This document shows, piece by piece, positions 29,251 to 36,953 of a stretch of 64,000 nt of DNA. The notes under the pieces are model-generated. The model did not search any database. It worked only from the letters and a program-made list of their open reading frames with translations, and was not told the DNA's origin. The position numbers were made by a program, and so were the translations under genes. Numbering within the stretch: position 1 is the first letter of the stretch; every line of letters starts with the position of its first letter. Origin of the DNA: Patescibacteria group bacterium (GTDB lineage Bacteria; Patescibacteriota; Minisyncoccia; UBA6257; 2-01-FULL-56-20); contig JANLHI010000032.1 of the NCBI GenBank assembly GCA_024654525.1, positions 172 through 64,171 on the forward strand, read 5' to 3'.

Positions 29251-29719
29251 TGACAAACATTTTTGTTTGTCAGAAAACAATAAAATCAGATAAACACACT
29301 TTGCATAATAAAAACATGGCTTAAAATCGATTTCCTAAAAAACTCGATAAAACCATTGTTTGTCGACAAACAATTGATACATCATAATCACACTTTTTTA
29401 TTTCCAAATGTTTGTCGACAAACACCAAAATAACCCTGATTCCTATTCAGCAATAGTAAATTGTTTAGCGACAAACATTATAGAAAGAAAAGAGCGAGAT
29501 AATTAAATTGCACTTAATCTTGTATGGGTATTCTGGAGTACCTTGGATATAAACCCTTCTAAAAAATCACACGGATGTTTGTCGACAAACATCTCAAATA
29601 TATCTCGATACCCCATAACAATGTTTGTCGACAAACATTGTCCATATAATGTTTCGCGACAAACACTTTATCCACAGAAAAATTAAAATATCTACTCTGA
29701 CAAACACTTTTGTTTGTCA
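29251..29719. repeat. Array of eight 16-18 bp palindromic operator-like sites with half-site TGTTTGTC(A).
   Basis: Convergent perfect copies TGTTTGTCGACAAACA at 29357-29372, 29409-29424, 29576-29591 and 29622-29637. Degenerate copies at 29462-29477 (tgtttagcgacaaaca) and 29650-29665 (tgtttcgcgacaaaca). Divergent copies TGACAAACA-N4-TGTTTGTCA at 29251-29272 and 29698-29719. TTATCCACA at 29668-29676. Confidence 0.85.
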
Positions 29720-29946
29720 AAAGTTGATTAACTACTATTTATTCATGCGCGAATCGGCAATTTTCATTGCCGATTTAATTGCCTATTTTATTTTCATTTT
29801 CTCTTTAAAATTACCGCTTTTTTGTAGAGGTATGATGTGGTGTGAAAATTTTTAATCGGGTGTTTTCTTGTGGGTAGGTGAGGGGGGCTAAATACTACGG
29901 GATTATTATTTCTTGCAACATCACCATGCGATGCTATCCTAATACA

Positions 29947-30279
29947 ATGGATATAAAAAAAAATGGCGTCTACCAGGGTATTCTTGAAGAACAAAAAAAG
30001 AAATTACTTGAGAAAATTGCGTCTCACAATAAGCCAGAAGATTTTGGAAGCGATGTCGATGGACTTGATGAAGAATCCGACGAAGCAGAAGAGCAGGGGA
30101 ATAGTCTTGCGATTGCACAATCGCTCAAAGAAAACGTCAGCGAAATTGATAGCGCTCTCGAAAAAATTAAAACTGGAAAATATGGAATGTGCTCAACATG
30201 TAACAATCCTGTAGAGGAAGAAGTTCTTGATATAGCACCCGAGTCGGCATTATGCCGCGCGTGTAAGAAAACTTTTTAA
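29947..30279 (+). CDS. DksA/TraR-family C4-type zinc-finger protein.
   Basis: 111 aa from ATG 29947. C-terminal CSTC-N17-CRAC four-cysteine finger preceded by an acidic coiled-coil. The listed ORF begins at GTG 29878. Confidence 0.7.
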   Translation: MDIKKNGVYQGILEEQKKKLLEKIASHNKPEDFGSDVDGLDEESDEAEEQGNSLAIAQSLKENVSEIDSALEKIKTGKYGMCSTCNNPVEEEVLDIAPESALCRACKKTF

Positions 30280-30304
30280 CACTCATCTTATTCCACCGAC
30301 TTCT

Positions 30305-31831
30305 ATGCATGAGCATCTTGCAAGAGTGCATTCCGCCGAGCTTGAAGGAATCCACGCGAGACCTATTGAAGTTGAAGTAGATTTAAATGTTGGTCTTCAT
30401 TCTTTTAATATTGTCGGCCTCGCAGATAAAGCCCTTAACGAAGCGCGTGAGCGGGTAAATTCATCTCTAAAAAATTCAGGAGTAAAACCCCCTAACCGCG
30501 AGAATCGGCGGATCACCGTAAACCTCGCTCCCGCCGATGTGAAAAAAACCGGAGCTCAATATGATCTCGCGATTGCGATCGGATATCTTGCCGCTACACA
30601 TCAAATAAAAAAATTTGATGCGAGCGATAAAATTTTTATAGGAGAACTTGCTCTGGATGGACGTCTTCGTCCTGTTCATGGAGCGCTCAATATCAGTCAC
30701 ATGGCGGCTCGTGCAGGTTTCCGATATCTCTTTCTCCCTGCACAAAATGCAAATGAAGCGGCAGCGGTTTGTGATGTCCATGTTGTTCCACTCGAAAATC
30801 TTGGCGATGCAATTTCATATCTCGAGCGCGAAAATTCAGAAATTCCTCGCCGGGAATATCATGCGCAACACGCCCCTTCAAAATCTATTTCTGATTTTGC
30901 AGAAATACACGGACAGGAAAATGCAAAACGCGCCCTCATCATTGCCGCAGCAGGAGGACATAATCTTTTAATGAGTGGGCCCCCCGGAGTAGGGAAGAGC
31001 ATGCTCGCAAATACCATGGTGGGAATCCTTCCTCCGATGGATATACACGAGTCGATTGAAGTGACAAAAATTTGGAGCGCTGCAGGGATAGCGGTACAAG
31101 GACTTCTTACCACGCGTCCGTTTCGATCTCCTCACCAAACCGCAACACTCCCCGCGATTATAGGAGGAGGAAGCGACCCAAAGCCAGGAGAAATAAGTTT
31201 GGCGCATCACGGAGTATTATTCCTTGACGAACTTCCAGAATTTCAACGTCATATTCTTGAGTCACTCCGTGCTCCGATGGAATCGGGCGCAGTACACGTT
31301 TCTCGCGCACGAGGATCTCTTACTTTTCCAGCCCAATTCACGCTCGTTGCCGCAATGAACCCTTGCCCATGCGGATATTACGGTGACTCGGAAAAAGAAT
31401 GTAAATGTTCTCCATTCGAAGTGATAAAATATCAGAAAAAAATTTCCGGTCCTCTTGCCGATCGCATTGACCTTCACGTGTCGGTTCCTCGTGTTTCCGT
31501 TGCAACACTCCGATCCGCCGACAACTCCTCTCTCTCAAGTGCTGATGCGCGAAATCTTGTTATGTCCGCTCGTGCACATCAGCAAGAACGTTTTGTAAAA
31601 CTCTCCATTACCACCAATGCGGAAATGGGAACGAAGCAAGTCGAATCCATGGTTGCCACCGACTCTGACGCGGAAGAATTCCTTCGTACTCTTGAACGTA
31701 CACAACTTTCTCCTCGAGGATATTATCGCCTTCTTAAAACCGCGCGTACCATCGCTGATATGGAACATTCGGAAAAAGTTTCCTCGCCTCATCTTGCAGA
31801 AGCATGGGGATATCGTATTCGAGAAACATAA
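30305..31831 (+). CDS. comM: YifB/ComM-family Mg-chelatase-like AAA+ ATPase.
   Basis: 508 aa. N-terminal Lon-protease-like domain, Walker A GPPGVGKS, Walker B VLFLDELPEF, C-terminal ChlI-like domain. Confidence 0.9.
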   Translation: MHEHLARVHSAELEGIHARPIEVEVDLNVGLHSFNIVGLADKALNEARERVNSSLKNSGVKPPNRENRRITVNLAPADVKKTGAQYDLAIAIGYLAATHQIKKFDASDKIFIGELALDGRLRPVHGALNISHMAARAGFRYLFLPAQNANEAAAVCDVHVVPLENLGDAISYLERENSEIPRREYHAQHAPSKSISDFAEIHGQENAKRALIIAAAGGHNLLMSGPPGVGKSMLANTMVGILPPMDIHESIEVTKIWSAAGIAVQGLLTTRPFRSPHQTATLPAIIGGGSDPKPGEISLAHHGVLFLDELPEFQRHILESLRAPMESGAVHVSRARGSLTFPAQFTLVAAMNPCPCGYYGDSEKECKCSPFEVIKYQKKISGPLADRIDLHVSVPRVSVATLRSADNSSLSSADARNLVMSARAHQQERFVKLSITTNAEMGTKQVESMVATDSDAEEFLRTLERTQLSPRGYYRLLKTARTIADMEHSEKVSSPHLAEAWGYRIRET

Positions 31832-31872
31832 GCCCCGCACATATGCGGGGAAAATACTTCGTAATTTAGATT

Positions 31873-32955
31873 TTATTTTGCAAAGGGATTCGTGGCACCA
31901 TACACTTCGAAATGCACATGACATCCCGCCGCATCTCCACTTTCTCCCATAAGACCAATTTGTTCTCCCTGTTTTACATAATCTCCCACTCCAACATTTG
32001 TTGAGGCAAGATGCGCATAACGCGTTTTTACATTCGCACCCGCAGGATGCTCAATCAATACAAACGTTCCATATCCGCCATTCCATCCATCTTTCCCTTC
32101 TCCATATTGTGCATCGGGAATCACCAGTCCCTCCGCCGTCGCTACTATAGGAGTACCGCACACCCCCGCGATATCAACCGCATTCATGGGATGTAACCGT
32201 CCCCAGTTATATCCTGCAACAGGAAGCTTAAAATAATTCTTCAAATAGGGGAGTGCTTTCCCAGACGAAATACCCCTCTCACCCGAGGCGCCAGGAATAA
32301 TAAGGCGAATACCTTGTCCTATCATAGCCATATCAATCCCGTGATTTGCTTCACGAATTCTACTCGGCGCGACACCGAAGGCATCCGCAATCGATTCCAC
32401 AGAATCTCCTTCTCTTACCGAATACACAACCCCTGAAACCGCCGGAATATGCAATACCGCCCCCACCTGTAACTGTCGTGTTTTTACATCGGGGTTTGCT
32501 CTTGATACTGTTTCGATCGAAACGTCGAATTTTTGTGCGATTCCGGAAATTGTATCTCCCCGTTCTACTTTATATTCAGCAATACCCGCGCGAGGCGCAA
32601 ATCCGGGAGTATCCCCAAAGTCATCAAGCATTGCCACAGCCAATCCATAAGGAGACATGACTACTTCGGCGGAGTATAGATCGTGCGTCGCTAACGCAAC
32701 TATCAGAGGATGACTTACCATCGAAGCATTCGCGGAGAGAACGATGCTGGATTCTGCTAATATTTGAGCGGGGCCACCCCATACCCCATAATGTCCTCCG
32801 TCCCGCAAGGGATAAAGAAGAGAATATGCCACTCCAACTACCGCAAGCACAACCAACAAAAAACCTGCCGCCGCGAGCGATTTTTGTTCTTTATAGAACT
32901 TCGTTAGGATAGTACCGATACGCTGTAGTATACTCCCTACAACCCAACACGACAA
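31873..32955 (-). CDS. LysM-domain M23 family metallopeptidase.
   Basis: 360 aa. N-terminal TM helix, two LysM repeats (YKVERGDTISGIAQKF..., YSVREGDSVESIADAF...), C-terminal M23 motifs HPMNAVDIAG and GCHVHFEV. Confidence 0.85.
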   Translation of the reverse strand: MSCWVVGSILQRIGTILTKFYKEQKSLAAAGFLLVVLAVVGVAYSLLYPLRDGGHYGVWGGPAQILAESSIVLSANASMVSHPLIVALATHDLYSAEVVMSPYGLAVAMLDDFGDTPGFAPRAGIAEYKVERGDTISGIAQKFDVSIETVSRANPDVKTRQLQVGAVLHIPAVSGVVYSVREGDSVESIADAFGVAPSRIREANHGIDMAMIGQGIRLIIPGASGERGISSGKALPYLKNYFKLPVAGYNWGRLHPMNAVDIAGVCGTPIVATAEGLVIPDAQYGEGKDGWNGGYGTFVLIEHPAGANVKTRYAHLASTNVGVGDYVKQGEQIGLMGESGDAAGCHVHFEVYGATNPFAK

Positions 32956-32957
32956 AT

Positions 32958-34763
32958 ATGGATCACCTCCTTAATCCGCAACAAGAAAAGGCCGCTCATG
33001 CTCCTCAAAAACCCCTCCTTATTGTCGCGGGAGCAGGAACCGGAAAAACAAAGACTCTTACAAGCCGTTTTATTCATCTTGTAGCGCAAGGAATTCATCC
33101 GTCTCATATCTGTGCGTTGACTTTTACCAATAAAGCGGCAAAAGAAATGGGGGGAAGAGTACACCGCGCCGTCACCGGAGGAATATCCGTCCGCGACGCC
33201 TTCATTGGTACATTTCACTCGTTTGGAGCCCGAATTCTTCGTGCTGAAGCCGCAACATTAGAAAGAACACCTCACTTTACTATCTTCGATGATCACGATT
33301 CCCTCGGTGCAATCAAAAAAGTATTGAAAGAACTCGATATTAAAAATGGCACGCCATCTCAATTCCTTCGATTTATATCTTTCGAAAAAAGCGGCGTGGC
33401 ACAAGGCATGCGCACCGGGACTTATGAAGATAGAGCAGTGTTTAAAAATTATGAATTATTCCTCACACGCGCAAACGCTTTTGATTTTGACGATTTAATC
33501 GTAAAAATGGTTTGGCTTTTCAGAAACAATCCCTCTGTCCTCGAAAAATATCAAAATAAATACACTCACATTCTCGTGGACGAATACCAGGATGTAAGTC
33601 CCATGCAATACGCTCTTATTCAATGCCTTGCCGCGCGCCACAGAAATATAAGCGTCGTAGGAGATGATGCACAAATGATTTATGGGTGGCGCTATGCTAG
33701 TCTTGATACTTTTCTGAACTTTGAAAAAGATTGGCCGAACGCCCAAGTGATACTTCTTGAGGAGAATTATCGCTCGACCGGAACCATTATTCACGCTTCA
33801 TCTGCGGTGATTGCGAACAATCAGCGTGCGCGCGAGAAAAGTTTGTGGACAAATAATATGGACGGCTCACTCATTCTTATTGCAGAAACCGCCAGTGAAG
33901 ATGATGAGGCGGAATGGATTGCGGATCACATCGACTCGAAGTCGAATAATCCCGAAACAATGGGTAATTCATGCGCCATTCTCTATCGAACAAACGCTCA
34001 ATCCCGCGCACTTGAACAAGCGCTCGTACGAAGAGGAATCCCATATCGTATTTATGGAGGACTTAAATTCTATGAACGCCGAGAAATAAAAAATATTATT
34101 GCAGCACTTCGCCTCGCACTAAATCCTCGCGACGAGATAAGTTACGATCGTCTTCAGAAAACATTTCGCATCCGCGCGTTTCGCACGATGCTTCCCTCTA
34201 TTCTCGCGCTTGCTGACACCACTCCCGCCGAAGCAATAAAATCGTTTCTTGATGTGACTCACTACTTTGAATATTTAGAACGTGAAACCATAAATGCCGA
34301 CGAGCGACAGGAAAATATTCGAGAGCTCTTGCAGTTCGCTACGCAATTTTCCACACTCTCAGAATTTCTTGAGCATGTTGCACTGGTACAAGCAACGGAC
34401 AACGCTTCAAGCGACACTAGCCGCACCACAGAGCAGGGAAAGGACACTCCTCCTCCCGTACACCTTTCCACCGTACACCTTGCCAAAGGATTGGAATTTG
34501 ACGAAGTTTTCCTTGCGGGATGCACCGAAGGGATGTTGCCTCATATGAGATCAATGGATTCGCAGGATGAGATAGAAGAAGAAAGACGACTTATGTATGT
34601 GGCAATGACGCGCGCACGACGTGAACTTGCAATCTCGTTCTATGGACTTCCTTCACGTTTTATTGGAGAAATTCCCAATGACCTTATCATGTTTTTCCGC
34701 ACCTCAAATACGGATAAGTTCAGCGACGCTGAAGAACGGAATATTCAACTCGAAGACATTTAA
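32958..34763 (+). CDS. UvrD/PcrA-family ATP-dependent DNA helicase.
   Basis: 601 aa. Walker A AGAGTGKTKTLT, motif II VDEYQD, QNYRS, C-terminal VHLAKGLEFD and YVAMTRAR. Confidence 0.88.
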   Translation: MDHLLNPQQEKAAHAPQKPLLIVAGAGTGKTKTLTSRFIHLVAQGIHPSHICALTFTNKAAKEMGGRVHRAVTGGISVRDAFIGTFHSFGARILRAEAATLERTPHFTIFDDHDSLGAIKKVLKELDIKNGTPSQFLRFISFEKSGVAQGMRTGTYEDRAVFKNYELFLTRANAFDFDDLIVKMVWLFRNNPSVLEKYQNKYTHILVDEYQDVSPMQYALIQCLAARHRNISVVGDDAQMIYGWRYASLDTFLNFEKDWPNAQVILLEENYRSTGTIIHASSAVIANNQRAREKSLWTNNMDGSLILIAETASEDDEAEWIADHIDSKSNNPETMGNSCAILYRTNAQSRALEQALVRRGIPYRIYGGLKFYERREIKNIIAALRLALNPRDEISYDRLQKTFRIRAFRTMLPSILALADTTPAEAIKSFLDVTHYFEYLERETINADERQENIRELLQFATQFSTLSEFLEHVALVQATDNASSDTSRTTEQGKDTPPPVHLSTVHLAKGLEFDEVFLAGCTEGMLPHMRSMDSQDEIEEERRLMYVAMTRARRELAISFYGLPSRFIGEIPNDLIMFFRTSNTDKFSDAEERNIQLEDI

Positions 34764-35911
34764 AAACTAGTGCCGGTCATCACCACTCTATTCCCCGAAC
34801 CCACAAAATCACAGTCGCTCCCATGATAGGCGAAACATTCATTCACCTCTGAATAATTCCCCAACCACAAAGCCGCGATATGAAATTCAGTAAATTTAAA
34901 AAATAAAGGGGAGGAAAGAAACGCTTCGCTCACGTATATAGATCCCAACGGAGGTGGGGAAAATTTAGAATCTATAACCGCGATATACCCCGGTTCACTG
35001 CATGTGCAATATTCATCGATCCAATTAATAGGCCCCCCAAACGAAGTCCCCGCGGCATACGCGCGTTGCACCACCCACTCAATCGCACGGGAAAAAATAT
35101 TATTGGATGATTTTTGAGTAACTGTTTTTTGAAACTTTCCTCTTTCAATATCCGCAGTGACATTCATTCTCATAACAAAATCACTTAGCTCTTTTTTTTC
35201 AATAGATCCATTCTCGACTCCTTGAAGTTTATCGAGGAGTTCAATGGTAAGCTTCTCGAATCCAATCATTTTTTTATTCACCCCAATCGCGTCTTCCGTC
35301 ACTGCAATTTTTTCGAGAAAAGAAATCTTTGCATTGACAAAGTCCTTCCATATCCCCGCTGATGACGTCATACCTTGAAGAACACCGCTCTTTACCGCTT
35401 CTTCTGCCAGTTCCAATGGCGTCATGATTATGCCATCATGTCTCGCGCGTGCGTTCGCGAGTCGTCGCGCATCAAATACAATGTCTTTCGAGTGTACGGA
35501 AAAATGTTCAAGATATTCCTGTGCAGTGCGGACTCCATACGACACAATACGCAATTCATCATCTTTCACCTCGGGAAGAGGCAGTGGAGAAATCACGGAT
35601 AATGACGGACGAGAAGCTACGATATTCCCAAATGTCTCCAAGAGAGGATTCACATCATTAAATGTGTCATCATCACCCACGCGAGAAGAAATCGAGGGAA
35701 TCAATGGCATTGATTCCGAAACCGGTGCAAGTCTCTCTCTTTGTGCCGGCACAAATGCCTGTCTCGGAATCAGGGGGGAAGTAGGTTCCATAGTAGGAAC
35801 CTCGACCGCTATGTTCTCTTCAGATCGAAACTGCATCATTATTATAAGAGACACCAAAATACCGCATGCTACAACACTTATTGTGATAGTCTTTTTTTCC
35901 ATTGAGCCCAT
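34760..35911 (-). CDS. Hypothetical membrane-anchored protein.
   Basis: About 383 aa from MGSMEKK. The listed ORF extends to 35998 and overlaps the divergent rsmA start. TM helix ITISVVACGILVSLIIMM. No known motif. Confidence 0.45.
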   Translation of the reverse strand: MGSMEKKTITISVVACGILVSLIIMMQFRSEENIAVEVPTMEPTSPLIPRQAFVPAQRERLAPVSESMPLIPSISSRVGDDDTFNDVNPLLETFGNIVASRPSLSVISPLPLPEVKDDELRIVSYGVRTAQEYLEHFSVHSKDIVFDARRLANARARHDGIIMTPLELAEEAVKSGVLQGMTSSAGIWKDFVNAKISFLEKIAVTEDAIGVNKKMIGFEKLTIELLDKLQGVENGSIEKKELSDFVMRMNVTADIERGKFQKTVTQKSSNNIFSRAIEWVVQRAYAAGTSFGGPINWIDEYCTCSEPGYIAVIDSKFSPPPLGSIYVSEAFLSSPLFFKFTEFHIAALWLGNYSEVNECFAYHGSDCDFVGSGNRVVMTGTSF

Positions 35912-35965
35912 ATACTTATAGTATATACCCTTCACGCTTCGCCGATTACACCTCATACTACCTGC

Positions 35966-36799
35966 ATGCCACAACGCCTTGGACAACACTTTCTTCATGA
36001 CTCGTCAGTATTGGGAATTATTACCGATACGCTTGCTATAAATCCTCATAACACGATTATAGAAATTGGTGCCGGGCACGGAGAATTGACACAAGAATTG
36101 GAAATCAGAAATAACGCACTGGACAATTCTTTAAAAATATTTGTCATTGAAAAAGACCCCTCTCTCGTCCAACATCTTGCAGTCCTTTTTTCAAAAAACC
36201 GGAACATTGAAATTCTAGAAGGAGACGTAAGAAAAATTCTTCCGGAATTCATATCCCACCGGGGAATACATGAATATAAACTCGCAGGAAATATTCCTTA
36301 TTACCTTACCGGATTTCTTTTGCGAATAATCGGGGAATTACGACCACTTCCCAAAACCACAGTACTTACAATCCAAAAAGAAGTTGCGGAGCGTATTGCC
36401 GCAGAACCGCCTCGTATGAATCGTCTTGCGGCAAGTATACAGTTTTGGGCGACTCCTCATGTTATTTGCAATGTACCGCGCACTTCTTTTTCTCCTCCTC
36501 CCAAAGTAGACTCCTCCGTTCTCTGTCTCTCACAAAAAAATTCCCCGCAGAACGAAAACGTCACATTGCGCTATTATGCCGCAGTGCATGCTCTTTTCGC
36601 ACAACCCAGAAAAACACTCATCAACAATATCTCAAATGCAATCGACCTCCCTCGCCAATCCATTATTTCCATACTCGAAAAAGAAAGCTTAGACCCTACC
36701 GCACGTCCAGAGACTCTTACTATTTCCCAAATCATGTCACTTGCTTCGTCTTTTCACTTCCCCGATACTCCCATTCTCCGCAAGAAGAGCGCTTCTTAA
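35966..36799 (+). CDS. rsmA: 16S rRNA (adenine1518/1519-N6)-dimethyltransferase.
   Basis: 277 aa. LGQHFLHD, IIEIGAGHGELT, EKD motif. Confidence 0.9.
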   Translation: MPQRLGQHFLHDSSVLGIITDTLAINPHNTIIEIGAGHGELTQELEIRNNALDNSLKIFVIEKDPSLVQHLAVLFSKNRNIEILEGDVRKILPEFISHRGIHEYKLAGNIPYYLTGFLLRIIGELRPLPKTTVLTIQKEVAERIAAEPPRMNRLAASIQFWATPHVICNVPRTSFSPPPKVDSSVLCLSQKNSPQNENVTLRYYAAVHALFAQPRKTLINNISNAIDLPRQSIISILEKESLDPTARPETLTISQIMSLASSFHFPDTPILRKKSAS

Positions 36800-36953
36800 A
36801 ACTTTTACGAGAGTAAAACCTTACCACTGGGGATAAACTCGCGTGGTCTGTATGCCATACACCTCCTATAATGGAGATGGTGGATTCCATCTTTGTAAAA
36901 GGTGGCGTGTAGAGGCGTATCCACCAGTATTCCACACTTTTTCCACACTGTTC

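Noticed and set aside
29668-29676. A perfect DnaA box inside the palindrome array as evidence of a second replication origin.
   Set aside because: It is a single box with no cluster and no adjacent dnaA. The classical origin genes and better box/DUE arrangement are at 52.2-54.0 kb. Kept only as a note within the array finding.
29251-29719. The repeated palindromes could be a CRISPR array.
   Set aside because: Repeats are 16-bp perfect palindromes with irregular spacing (27-113 bp). There are no cas genes in the window, and two flanking copies are in a different (divergent) arrangement. This fits protein-binding sites, not CRISPR repeats.
34972-35163. Small ORFs on both strands within 34760..35998.
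   Set aside because: They are nested in or antisense to the longer 383-aa membrane-anchored ORF, with no independent support.
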